A stretch of 64,000 nucleotides of DNA from Azolla caroliniana (GCA_043228905.1 JBHGNT010000004.1:22072001-22136000); one strand, 5' to 3'. Positions 50,666-63,538 are shown, counted from the first letter of the stretch. The notes: generated by a model not told the origin, from the sequence alone. Made by a program: numbers and translations.

Positions 50666-53600
50666 CTAACTTTTGGCAATAGCTGAATAATTAGCCAACA
50701 TGGCTTTGAACCACAATGATGACTTCCTTGCATATCTAGTGAGCTCATGATCCACATAGTAGAGCCCGAACCTTATTTTCAACCCCAAGTTAAACTCAAA
50801 CCCATCGAATAAGGACCATGCAAACACTCCTTTCACATTTGCCCCATCCCTATAAATCCAAGCATTCATTGAAGAATATTTTATGTTAGTATAATAAACA
50901 GATCTCATGAAGATGTGAAATAATATTTTCTTTCATACATTTGTAAAGCATAGCAATGCCATTGAAAGAATCCTAGTATATCAAGTGCTTACTCTATTGC
51001 TTCATAAAGTTGTTGGTAGTATGTCTCGAAGAATTCCACTCTCCCATCATCATCAAAGTACTCCGCGGTCTCATTGTTGAATTCGATACCCCATCCTGGA
51101 TTTTAATTAATTAGGGATTTGATGACTTGTTATTTGATTAAAGGCGAGGTGGGAGATGCTTGCATTTTTACCTGTCTGTGTTACATACATTGGGAAATTG
51201 TCATAGCGGAATTTGATATACTCTACGGTGGATTTGATGCACCACGGCACAGCGAAATCATGATCTCCCTGAAGTAAATCCATGTTGAGTAGCGACTTCT
51301 ATTTTTTGCTATTTACATTATTATATATTACTCGTGGGAAACCTCAAATATGTGAGGTGATAAAAAACAAGAACATTATTACAAAGAAATATTTACAAAT
51401 GCACAAGAAAGAATTTTTACACTTTGCCATGGTAAAATTCCCACTTTCCAACATATAATGATATTGTGAGATACTTTTCCAAGACACAATATACCAATCG
51501 AGGTGTAGTAGAAAACAAGCTAGTCTTGGCCCAACAAACCCTTTAAAGACTTTTAAAGTTTGAGATTGATTTGTATCAAAAAAATGTTATCAATGCAAAA
51601 AGGAGAGCATAATCACTATAAACATCATGGATACCCATGTAGAAAATTAAATATTACTCTATATTGGAAAGAAGTTTATCGAAGCAAATATTACCACTCC
51701 AATAGCCTCTCCGTCTCGGTACCCTGCCATTAAAACCATTAAAACACGTGAATTATGGATTCTATGAGATTAATAAATCTTACCACTAGCTTATATGTGA
51801 ACACATACACCCACACATATGTACCAGTTAGGCCAGCTTGGGGATCAAGGTAGTAGGAAGGTGTATCAGGATATTCCGTTTCGTAGTAGTTGTGGTCATA
51901 GGCATAGAATGCTGTGACAATGTTTATCCCAACAAAATCTATGGATCCATTCACTTTAGCAATTTCCTCACTAGTGAATTGAGGCAACCGACTTCCTACA
52001 TATTCTTTCATGGAGTCTGGGTAGTCTCCCTTTAGGAGTGGATCAAGAAACCTAAGAAAACAAAAGTCATGTACAACAATGTTGTCAAATCACATACCAT
52101 ATGCAAAATGTACATGCACATGCCTAGATAATAAAGCATGTTCATGCGTTCCTTTCATCCTTTGAAAACATATGGCCTTCTTACTAAACTAAAGATATAG
52201 TTACAGGGAGGATATTCATATATGCACTAATTTTGTTGTATGAATCTAATATACATGTGGACATACCATCCAAGCAAGAATTCTTGTGTCCGTTGGGAAG
52301 CAGCAAGATCTGCAGAGGTGTTTGTCAATGGCTCGAACCATCTCGTCCATAGCGCCACACCAATACTTCCATTTTGTGCCTCCTAAGGGTTCATAGATCT
52401 CAATATCAACATACAAATAAGCCCACCTTCATTATGGAAAGTTGATGTAGACACTATGACTTACTTGATAGATTGTTCTATAAATGTAAGCTGCCTCAGC
52501 ATGGGCTAACAAGAGATTGTGACCAACAATGTAAGGCTCAGTGCCAGAGTCCCCTTCAAAACATATGCCATAGAGCTCGATTCCAGACGTGCATCGTCCT
52601 GGTGGGTTTTGATTGGTGGCATACCCAAGGCCTGCATAGTCGTTGGGCTCATCAAAGGTTATCCAATTCTTAACTCTATCTCCGAAGGCATTGAAGCAAG
52701 TATTAGCATATCTTGTAAAGTCATCTCTGGGAAAAGAAAAGAAGCACAAAATGTTACCAACTTCAAGTTAGAGAGAGGCCAATTGAGTTCATCTGGTGTC
52801 ATATACATGATCTAAGCTACACAACTTGTGTATGTAAAAATGTAAACACATTTTTTGTGTGAAGAATCCTAGTTATTGATGGGAGACATTAAAAAATAGG
52901 GTTTAAATGCACTTGCTTACACTTATGCAAATACACATGCATCACTAATGTTACAAATCTCACATTCCAGGTTATACGTTACAAATTAGAGCTTTCCTTA
53001 CATGAAAGTGGTATTCAATGGTCCACCATATGTGTTGTCAAGGATATAAGGATGATCTTGAGTCCATAAAGTGACAAAAATCTCCAATCCTGCTTATTCA
53101 CACAACATAATGTACATGTGTGTCAATAATAAAATGCTAATAAACTTTCAAAGAGTTTGTGAAGTTGCTTGAATTTAACTATTGAAAAATGTGATTGCAT
53201 ATAGAGGAAGGAATCAATCACCTTTGTCTAGGACATCATTGATCACGTCATTGTAGTGATCGATAGCAGCTGGATTTAAAACCTTCCCATCTGTGACATA
53301 ATTGGGTTGGCAATTAGCACATTGCATTTACAAAAAGCAAAAACAAAAAAAAACAATGCATGAGAAGGGGGGGAGAGAGAGGGTAGCATAAGTATTCATA
53401 ATTCCCCAAAATACCCCTACGAAGATTGAAATTACCAAATTACATAATTCCCCCAAAATACCCCTGCAAAGATCGAAATTACCAAATTACCCTTTGTAGT
53501 GAGTTCATGCTAATGTTGAATATTACCTGGGTAAACTCGAGACCATGCGATCGACATTCGGTATGCATTCATGCCGAGGTCCACAACCAATTGATGATCT

Positions 53601-54417
53601 TGCTACAAAAGAATTGAACCAAAAAACAAGATTCACACACACAAACTCTTAACAAACAAACTCGATGGTATGAGTAGATATACAAGGACCATGGATTGAA
53701 ATTGGAATTAGCGGAATATGGATTAGCAAATTAAGTAAGTTACCGGGTATCGGAAGTAATTATCGCCACATTGTCCGGGGACCGAACCATCGAGGCTAGC
53801 CCCTATTCGCGTGGAAACACATACATGCATACATACCAAATATGATCAATCATCAATCACTAAATATAAGTGTGCATAGATCCTGTGTATTAATATAGCT
53901 ATACCTGATATGGATTGGGCGTATTGATCCCATATGTTGAGGCTCTTCCCATCAATTGTCTCTGCACCCTCATGCTGGATCATATACAACAACAACAACA
54001 AAAGAAGAAGAAGAGGAAGAGGAAGAATGGATCAATAGATAAATTAGTAAGTGATGGGTGATTAGTGAATGGTAGAAGCTAAGTACTAAGCTTAAATCAT
54101 TTAGTTAAATGTTCTTTTACCTTCATGGAGGAGGTAATGGCGCCGAAGAGGAAGCCATCGGGGAAGGAAGAGCGAGTGACCCCGGTGCCATTAGGGAAGA
54201 GCTCAGCATAATCATATTCAGGACCATCATCGCCATCACCACTTGATTTGATCTCAAGAATGTTGCTCTTAGCATTAGGGTTGAGAGAGTTCACACCATA
54301 GATCAATGCATTATTGTTGTTGTTATAGCTATGGAAGAAGAAGAAGAAGAAGAAGAAGGAAGAGAAGAGAAGAAGATTTAGAGAAGGTTTACAATTACAA
54401 GTTGCCATCACTACCAT
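50666..54417 (-). CDS. Glycoside hydrolase family 1 (beta-glucosidase-like) protein, secreted, 13 exons, catalytic nucleophile replaced
   Basis: Exons 54417-54121, 53974-53905, 53802-53744, 53602-53527, 53290-53222, 53089-53002, 52726-52465, 52382-52267, 52051-51825, 51723-51695, 51268-51172, 51095-50993, 50849-50666, all GT-AG and in frame (the canonical plant 13-exon GH1 layout). Motifs: RSSFPDGFLFG, AYRMSIAWSRVYP, FGDRVKNWITFDEP, PPGRC, EPYIVGHNLLLAHA, DGANVKGVFAWSL, RFGLYYVD. Confidence 0.95.
53397..53490 (+). repeat. ~46-bp tandem duplication in a GH1 intron
   Basis: CATAATTCCCC(C)AAAATACCCCT.C.AAGAT.GAAATTACCAAATTAC occurs twice. Confidence 0.8.
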
Positions 54418-54574
54418 CACCACCAAATCAAGATGGGGCTAATTAGAGATTTGAACTTGTGATGTCTTTGTGGATCACTTCATAATCCTATGTATATATA
54501 TATATATATGTATATGCTAAGGAATAGAGTACACATATCGTACACACACACACAAACATATCCCTTGGCATGGT

Positions 54575-54625
54575 CACGTGCAAAAACCAACCCATGTGGA
54601 GTTCACCCCAACCCACCTCACGTGA
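54575..54625 (-). promoter_or_regulatory. Paired G-boxes in the proximal GH1 promoter
   Basis: CACGTG at 54575-54580 and 54619-54624 (the second within the palindrome TCACGTGA), ~160-210 bp upstream of the ATG and just upstream of a (TA)n/TATA tract. Confidence 0.5.
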
Positions 54626-55196
54626 CATCCATGGGACTTTCAGATCCATCTTGCCTAGCCATCAAATCCTCCACCCTCTCACTCTTTTGCTTGGTTCTTA
54701 AACCGTGTTTCAAGCTTTTATTTCCTTGGGGGGATCTTTGAAAACCTTGACAAAGGCTTTTGGTCACAAGATTGTGTGGGAGTGGGGGGGGCTTTGGGTT
54801 TCCTCACTCCATTCACAAACCCGAAAAATGGAAGAGAGACAGGGGTATGGTTTATCTTCCGTTTCACGTAAACATGATAAAACCTTGTATGCATGTGTTG
54901 GCATATTTTTCAATGCTTGAACCGTCATCAATAGAATTCGTGACCAAGGTGTATCAATGCATGTATCTTTGGAGTCAGCATTCGCATGTTCCCTTAAACA
55001 ACTTTATCGAGTATGTTTTTGTGTGTGTGTGTGTGTACCTGTCTTCCTTTTTATGAAAATACTTGGGACAAACATATATTTCAATACTTGGGTGTCATGC
55101 ATCTAATTTGTGCCTTATACATATTATAATGTTGGAGCTAGTCTTTTGATCCTATTTAACATTTCTATTGGGTGTGTGTGCGCACGTGTGTATATG

Positions 55197-55375
55197 CATA
55201 TATATCTTCCTTTCTACGTAAACATTGTATGTTTGTGCAAGCATATAATATATTTTCAATATTTGGATGTCATGCATCAAATTCATACATACATAATGTA
55301 TATATATATCTTCCTTTCTACGTAAACATTGTATGTTTGTGCAAGCATATAATATATTTTCAATATTTGGATGTC
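55197..55375 (+). repeat. Tandem duplication, period 104 bp
   Basis: ATATATCTTCCTTTCTACGTAAACATTGTATGTTTGTGCAAGCATATAATATATTTTCAATATTTGGATGTC is identical in two copies, with more diverged copies on both sides. Confidence 0.85.
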
Positions 55376-56343
55376 CTCTTTAATGAGTCGACTGTTTGTA
55401 TACATACATACATACATGTTTTTATGCAAAAGTTACAAACATTACAATATATGTATGTGGAAGCATATTTTTAGTACTTGGATGTCATACATTAAGATCA
55501 CACCACAGGTGCATTAATGCATGTAATGTTGGAGTCGATGTTGAGATCCTTTGTTACTACTCAATCAAGTTCCTTTCATTGCTCATATTTGAAGCAATAG
55601 GAGAAATTAGAGCAGGGAGAATATCAACATCTAGAATAAAATAAAAAGGCACGAGAGTAGTGTGTATTCAATGTTCTTGTTCCTCCACATACTTGGAAAT
55701 GTAATCACTAATTTCAAGTGTGAATGATCACACACTTTCTCAAATGACGATAATGGCATTAATTTTTTGTCAATACCTTTATCCACATTCTCCATGGAGG
55801 AAAGGCACTAGTTAAAGCATGTTGAAACCTACTTCACGCTTCATGATGACTAAGAGCTAAATTCAGATACAGATTACAATAATAAAACATTTCCCTTTGT
55901 TAGTTAGCCCTAGTGGTTGGTGCATTGAATTGATCAATACTATGAGGTTCTCGGTTATCATAGTGTTTTATCATTATATGATGACCATTTGATGGGAATG
56001 GTGATGTAAAGCCTTGTTAAAGATAGGAAACTATACATAAACTTCTATGGAATATTTCGAACGTTACCACAATTATTCATCCGAATAATTTTAACATTCT
56101 AAACATGCAAATGTTCAAAGTCAAGTTGTTATGTGAAAGGCAATCCTTTTGAACAACATAAGTTCATGCTTTTACCTACTAGACCCCAAAATAAAAAAGA
56201 GAATGAATACCACTATAAATGACACATAAAGTTGACAGTGTCATTGTGTCATTCTATCATTGCACCTCCCAATCTATAGTCATGGTGCATTTATGTTGTA
56301 TACTTCCGAGACTCAAGTCCCTACTATTTTAAGGAATACAAAG

Positions 56344-57707
56344 CAGGGCTTGAATTTGACGGGCATTTTTTAAAGATGTATGTCATATGACATGAGAGTG
56401 CAAAAACTAAGATGTCATTTGACGTACAAGTTTTAATAATGAAAAGCTCTATATGATGCCTCATTATTATACATTTTATTACTATAGAAAATACACAAAG
56501 ATACACAAATAAACATAACTACCTGACAAAGATAATGAAATCATACAAAAAAAATGATACAAATTGAATACTTAATCATCATATATTTCTTAAAGCCCAA
56601 AAAATACAAAAAAATGTTTGTCATATCGTGATTCCTCATATTACGCATTGTGCAATATGTGTCTACTTCAATGATACTATCCTTCTCTCTTTCTCTTCAA
56701 ACAAAGGTTAAATATATCCCTCCAACAAATGTTTGATGTCTCCTAAAATTCCTCTAGCATCACTTGTGCATATTAATAGTTAATCCAATCAACAATCAAA
56801 CATAATAACCTCATCACAACCATACTCCTTGATATCTATGGCTTCAACCAATCAACAATCAAACCTATCTCACTTCCTCCATGCTTTCTATGGCTTTCAA
56901 TAAGTCCATATTGGACAAACATATGTAACTAATCTCTCTAATTGCTTAGTCCTTATCCCACTCCACTTTGTCATACACGCTTCTCATGAGCAATATTCAA
57001 AGAAAAAAGATTCAATAAAAGAGAAAAACAGAGAAAATAGAGAGAAAGAGAAAAAAAGAGACAAAATACATACTTCAGAGTGGTGTAGTGGCAAACAGTA
57101 GATGTCGTGCAATCACTGAGAAGTGACAGGGAGCAACGAGTAGTGAGCTAGCTGGGAGCAATGGGTAACAACCAAGGAACAGGGAGTAGCGATGAAGGAA
57201 AGCAACGAGCAGCACGTGAAGAAGGAACAGGAAACGTGAAGAAGGAAGCAAGAAAAGAGAAAATAGGGGGGAAAATAAAAAGAGGGGGGAATTTGGGAAT
57301 GAAACATTGGAAGAAATATACAATATAAATATTTTCATATACTATAGAAATAGCCAGCTCATCCGACTAGATTCCAGTTGGTCGGAAATCCTGTCCGGAA
57401 TTGATTCCGGCTATCCATAATAGTTGCCGCCGATCGGGAAAAGTCCCGACTCCCAATTCAACCTTTGCCCAACATTACAATATATATATATATATATATA
57501 CACATACATACATACATATATATATATATGACATGGAAATTAAATTTTTAGCATGTCATTTGACATGTATAATTTTTGGGCGCCTTTCGCATGAAAAATG
57601 AAAATTGTAAGTTTATATGTCACTTGACGGACATTTTTATTGGGTGTATGTTTTTGACGGGAAAAATGGCCTTAGACGGGCATGACACCCGTCAAATTCC
57701 TGCCCTG
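56344..57707. mobile_element. Non-autonomous hAT DNA transposon (1364 bp)
   Basis: 20-bp imperfect TIRs (CAGGGCTTGAATTTGACGGG / CAGGGCAGGAATTTGACGGG) and a perfect 8-bp TSD ATACAAAG (56336-56343, 57708-57715). No transposase ORF. Confidence 0.93.
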
Positions 57708-57756
57708 ATACAAAGCTAACTATATATAATTGTTCTCTTCTTGCAAGCATGCCCAC

Positions 57757-57945
57757 GAGGGCAAAAATTTGACGGGTATCGTGCTTGTCAAAGGCCATTT
57801 TGCCCATAAAAATACATTAACCTAATAAAAATGTTTGTCAAGCGACATATAAAGTTTAAATTTCCATTTTCATGTGAAAGGCCCTTGAAAAATTATACAT
57901 GTCAAATGACATGCTAAAATTATATTTTCCATGTCATATATATTC
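57757..57945. mobile_element. Truncated, inverted second copy of the hAT terminus
   Basis: GAGGGCAAAAATTTGACGGG...AAAATTATACATGTCAAATGACATGCTAAAA...TTTCCATGTCATATATA is a diverged reverse complement of ~57520-57707. Confidence 0.85.
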
Positions 57946-60794
57946 TATATACATATGTCACCCATTTCTAGGAATTTAGCCTCTCCTATCCAAGCAAAAA
58001 ATCATGTCATTTGGTACCTTGGTTATCCATACTCAAAATCAAAATGTTTGAAAAGCTTTTGGTTTTCCAATAATGGTTGTTTAATGCCTATCATTTGTTT
58101 CCTAGCCTTATCTGGTTTGTCTATCAATCATTCTGGCTTTGTGAATTCATTGAGCTCTGCAATAGGAAAAAGGAACAAACCATACTTTTATATAGCTTTG
58201 AGCAACCACCAACATTGCCAATTAGCATATGTTTTGTATCCATAAAACCAGAAGTATTACAACCATACATTGTTTTGGATGAACTTAGCCCATTGTGCAA
58301 ATTTCAATGTGCTCATGTCTAATTGGCACACTTGTCATAAAGAGAGGTTACCAATGTTAGCCCACTTACAACAAATCAACATGTTTGACGTTTGAGGTTG
58401 GTAATAACCATCAACAGGTTTCTGTGTCAGTTTGTAAGGTTGAACAAATGGTTAAACATGCTTTCTTGCTAGACTTCCAAGATAAACGAGTTCATTGTAG
58501 TAATAATGGCTCTTTTCGAGTTACTACCCAAGGAATCCTACATTAAACATCTCTCCTTGAATCATCATCAACTACAAATTTTCATGTCCTGATAATCTAG
58601 GTAGACTCAGATAGTAACTTACTTGAAGTAAGAATGTGAGTTTGGAATCTTGGTAGGGTACATGACGTTGTTCTCCATGTGCAATGTCCACCAACACCAT
58701 GATCACTAAACTGGAATGACATATATATTTGATAACTTACTTATGAAACAAAGTGTAGATTTAATATAACACCGTAGAATAAGAGGTTTCCTTACCCAAG
58801 TGTGGAAAGAGATTTATTAATGCTTGTAGCCTCTCTCAGTTGCTCACCTTCTGCCCTAGAGCTCTTTTGTCTGCCAAATAGATTTGCATTATCAATCAAC
58901 TGATTATTCGTGCTTCTTATATCTTTACAAGAGAGTGAGCAAGAACCAACCAACGTCTCTGAACCAGCAAGAGCCGAAGGACACTAGCATGCCACGGGAT
59001 TTGCTCCCCAGCTTGCAAGTAATGTGGTCCATTGAACACAGACTTTGGATCCTATCAAATGCCTCCAATAAGTCTTTGGAACTTGGACAAGAGCTATGAA
59101 GCCAAATACTATGGAATGTACATAAACAATGGAATGTACATAAACAATGGAAATCATAAACAAATCATAAAATATCATGGATGTAAGTGCATATATGATT
59201 GCCTATTGCCTGTAACAAATGAGATTGCTGAATGAGACACTCTTTATGCATCCCCTTTCCCCCTCCCCAAGAGAAGCAGAAGAACAAGAAGGAAGAGACA
59301 TAAAATAGTGTGAGTGTATAATGAGTAGTAGATACATAGGTAGACACAGATTAAATACAACATTGTGCAACTCTTTATAAAATTATTATATAGCACGTAT
59401 GTATGTATGTATACACAAAATACAAAAGAAGTGCATCTTGTATAGAATACACATAGGAGTAGTTGTAGTTGCAAGTAATTTGTTTAGATTCTTTTTTTGT
59501 TTCTTTGTGTTTAAGGAGAGTGTGTACTTACTAATCTTCAAAAGACATATAATACTTATGGAGTATAAGAATTAGTGTAGAAAGGATATAATTACTTAGA
59601 TACAAATTTACAATACACAAACCTATAATTTGACGTATGCATTCTTTATCTAGTCTCAAACCTACATGGTGCCATGTTTATTCATCAATATTACCTCCAA
59701 AAAATCATATCTCAAAGTAAGAGCTATGATATTACTCCCTTCACCTATAATTGCTGCCCTACACTAACCTTAGTGAGGATCATCATTGGGATTGTTTCCT
59801 TACCCCCTTGATGTTAACAATTCCCTTGTTTCCTTGTGCAATTCAGTAAATATGTTATAAAAGCTCATGGTCATAACCAAAAATAAACTATGCAACAATT
59901 TTGGAATTGCCTCTTTGTTTGCATGCTTGAGGCTTTGACGAGCAAACTAAAATATTTCATATGTGAATGTGTTGAGCAAGGCAATTTTGTATTAAGTTCA
60001 TGTTAGCTTTGTAACTAAGATCAAATTATAGCTAAGATCTCAAGCATTATGATCATACATTAAGCAATTACGTATACTGTCTCAAGTTTGGATGATGATT
60101 CAAGTTTTGAACCCAATTGGTGATCTTTCACCATACCATGAACATTGAATATTGGGATTGTATTAGCGAAAGGCTTTTCTTCTGGTAACAAAATCAGCAA
60201 AATCTTTTAATGTTCAACAATAGCCAAGTGGTTATTCTTGTCAACAGTGAGATGTAAATGTTGTTTCTTTTAACACTTAATCATGATTAGAATGAAAATT
60301 TACTCTTTAGGATTGAAATATGTAATGCATCACAAGTTTATGACAATGGAACATGTGACATGATCATTTATACAACTTGAATTGGGCTTTTACCTTGATT
60401 TTATTGTCTAATCGTTGGAACATGGGTTGATTTTTATAACAATAGGAACACACAATTATCTTTTCAAGATTAAAACAATGCAAGAAAAGTTTACTATAGT
60501 GGAATGTATGGAATGATTTATACATATTTATTTAACATGATCTCTACTATCCATTCATTAGAACCACAAAAAGTTATGTTAACATAATCATCACAAGCAT
60601 CCTAATAGTTAGTCCATCATGTAATTTTAAAAAATGCACATTAGCCTTTCTATAGTAAATAGAATGTGTTATTTGTGGGACAAAAGGGAGACAATGTCAA
60701 ACAAATCTAAGGATACAGGTAGGTAAACAACAACCGAGAAAGAGGAAGGTGAAAAACAACATGTGAGAATGAAGGCCGAGAAGAAAGGATCGAC

Positions 60795-61482
60795 TGAAGT
60801 GCGCCGAACAGAAAGGGAAGTTATAAAACGAGAAGCAGAATCAGAAGGAAAAAGAGAGATAGAAGGGGAGAATTACTGTTATCTGTCTGATTGTATGAGA
60901 ATGGAACTCCAGCTGGAAGCTGGGTAACTGTTGAATCTAAATCAATTAATATATTTATCTTTGTGGGTCAAATTTGTCCAAGCCTCTATCTGTGTATTTG
61001 GAATTGTTGTCTTATTGTCAAGTGCAATTTACACGTTCGGTGGTGGTTGACTATTTTCCGTAATTAATTAGCCGTGCAATCCTGGGGTCCTTGTCCATCC
61101 CTACGTACCACGACCCCTTGACCCATATGCCTCACAAATTCTGTCTGACTAATTGAAGCGCGCCGAGCAGAAAGGGAAGTTATAAAACGAGAAGCAGAAT
61201 CAGAAGGAAAAAGAGAGACTGAAGGGGAGAATTACTGTTATCTGTCTGATTGTATGAGAATAGAACTCCGGTTGGACGCCGTGTTACTGTTGAATCTAAA
61301 TCAATTAATATATTTATCTTTGTGGGTCAAATATGTCCAAGCCTCTATTTGCGTATTTGGAATTGTTGTCTTACTGTCAAGTGCAATTTACATGGCCGAT
61401 GGTGGCCGACTATTTTCCATAATTAATTAATCGTGCAATCTCGGGGTCCTTGTCCATCCCTACGTACCATGACCCGTTGACC
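60795..61482 (+). repeat. Direct duplication, period 359 bp (two ~329-bp arms, 30-bp spacer), LTR-like content
   Basis: Arms 60795-61123 and 61154-61482 align without apparent indels and differ only by scattered substitutions. Each has TTATAAAA, a purine-rich leader and GTGCAATTTACA. Confidence 0.92.
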
Positions 61483-61689
61483 TAATTACCCTAGAAGTAA
61501 TCGAAGGTGTTATCTCAGAGAAGAGACAACAGAATGCATACATTTTAGGCTTAATAAAACGTGCAAACAAATTCTTTCTCTAGTGAAGGGTCGAGACTAC
61601 AACTCATTATTTCATTTAATTATGGTGGCCGAAATTTCCAATCTAGTTGATCTTCCTTGAGATTACTTTGAGATTTTGAACAATGCCTT

Positions 61690-62097
61690 TGTTGAGATAT
61701 CAACCTCAACTAGATTTAGTTAGTTAGTCAACAAACGTAGCTTAGTAGTTACCTAGATAGAATCTAGTTAGTGTGTTGACCTGGAAGCCTTAAATAGGAT
61801 TTTGTACTTGAGTGGGATACATTGTTTATCCTCCACTCCCATGATCATTTACTATAGGATTTACACCTTTGTACCTATATTCTACTCACACATGTGCACC
61901 TTTGCACATGAGATGTATACATACCTCATTGTGGGTATTTTTGTATTTGATGATGCTAATTAATATAGAGGAAAGGTCTTTAGCTACACTCTTGTTAATT
62001 ATCCACCATTTACATTATTGTTCATAAGTGTATCTTCTCTCTCTCACACAGACACATAGACACATAGACACAGACACACAGACACACAGACACACAG

Positions 62098-62129
<32 letters not shown>

Positions 62130-63538
62130 GCACACATATCACATAATCTTCGGTTGCTTAACTACTCACATAATTAGTCATTAATTAACCCTAGTTAATT
62201 ACCTAATTATTAACATGGTATCAAAGCGTGTGGTTTAGCACATCCACTAAGCCCATCCGACTCTTCGTGATTGTGTGTTTGAGACACCAACGACAAATCC
62301 GGCTATCGGCTATCGTAGTGCCGCTATGTAGCACGTGTACGTGACCAAAGGAAGAAAAGAAAAAAAGGAAGACATTACAACAACATGAACACACAAATGG
62401 GTAGCTTGCTCCCCAGTGAAAAGCTAGACCTTAGCAATTATTTATCTTGGGAGTACAACATGAACCAATACCTAGTCGGCCAAGGGTATTAGAGCTACAT
62501 CAACGACGCACAAGAAAATCGACCCGACCCAAAGAATGCGGACTACTCAACATGGGAGCAAGCGACGAGTCGAGTCATGTCTTGCTTAGCAACATGTGTC
62601 CACCACGATCACATGCTTAGCCACATTCGAGACGCCAAGACACCTAAAGAGTCGTGGGAGAACTTGAAGAAATTGTTCACTGCTAACACGACTGCCCGCA
62701 ACCTTCAACTCCGACAAGAGTTGAACAACATCCGACAAAAAGACATGTCCGTGTTGAACTACACCGCCAAGATCAAGAGCATTTGCGACTTGCTTGGTTC
62801 CATCAACATAAATGTCAACGAAGGCAAAGATAGTTCAAGTATGCTTGGGCGACCTCACACAACAATTTGACTTGTTAAGGACGACAATCTTTGCGAGGGA
62901 AAACCCTTCAATCAATGCTATTGGTTGAAGAGAACCACGTCTGAAAAAAAAGCAAGATGTCAGAAGGACAAATGTTCTTCTCGAATTTGTATGGTGGTCG
63001 AGGAGGTTGCGGCGGTAGAAGAGGTCAATTTGACCTATCTCACAAAGGGAACTCAAACCTTCAACAACACGACGGAAGCCATCAATGAACCTTCAAAAGA
63101 ACGGGAGCTTCCATGCTGACCAAGGTTAACAAACAAGGCCCACTACTTGCAACTATTTTGGCAAAATCGGCCACCGCGAAAAGGAATGCCGAAAAAGAAG
63201 AAACGAGTCAGCTTCCACAAAGTTGACAACTCACAAACTACGCCACCAAGTCCGAATACAACGACTACGGTGGGCTATCTATAATGAGACATAGAGCGAA
63301 CTCTATGTCGGTCTCCGACTCCACAAGCACCTCCAACTCGGAAGACGTGTGATTCGTCGACTCCGGCGCCTCACATCATATGACGTTACACCAAGAGTGG
63401 TTTTGTGACTTAAGAACGCCGGATCAACCCGGCTTCATAAAGACGGGAGATGACACCACACATCCCATTCGGCACATCGGTAACGTTCCATTCGAAAACG
63501 ACAACAAAAAACAATTGCATAAAGAATGTCTTGCACGT
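61690..63538 (+). mobile_element. Second Ty1/Copia element (LTR 61690-62215, PBS, decayed gag and protease), related to the element at 1-6145
   Basis: TGTTGAGAT...TTAACA, then the PBS TGGTATCAAAGC (62216). Gag LPSEKLD...IRDAKTPKESWENLKKLF...LQLRQELNN closely matches the first element. Zinc-knuckle remnant GKIGHREKEC and protease FVDSGASHHMT are present with many stops and frameshifts. Confidence 0.95.

Noticed and set aside
55905-55956. Additional tRNA/SINE head (TTAGCCCTAGTGGTTGG...GAGGTTCTCGGTT)
   Set aside because: B-box is truncated and the match is too short to call.
57950-60650. Possible LINE remnant (an SDH-like motif near 58700) or gene
   Set aside because: Too degraded to support a call; the ORFs are short and low-complexity.
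60795-61482. Retrozyme (hammerhead-containing ~350-bp repeats)
   Set aside because: No CTGANGA...GAAA hammerhead core was found on either strand by eye.
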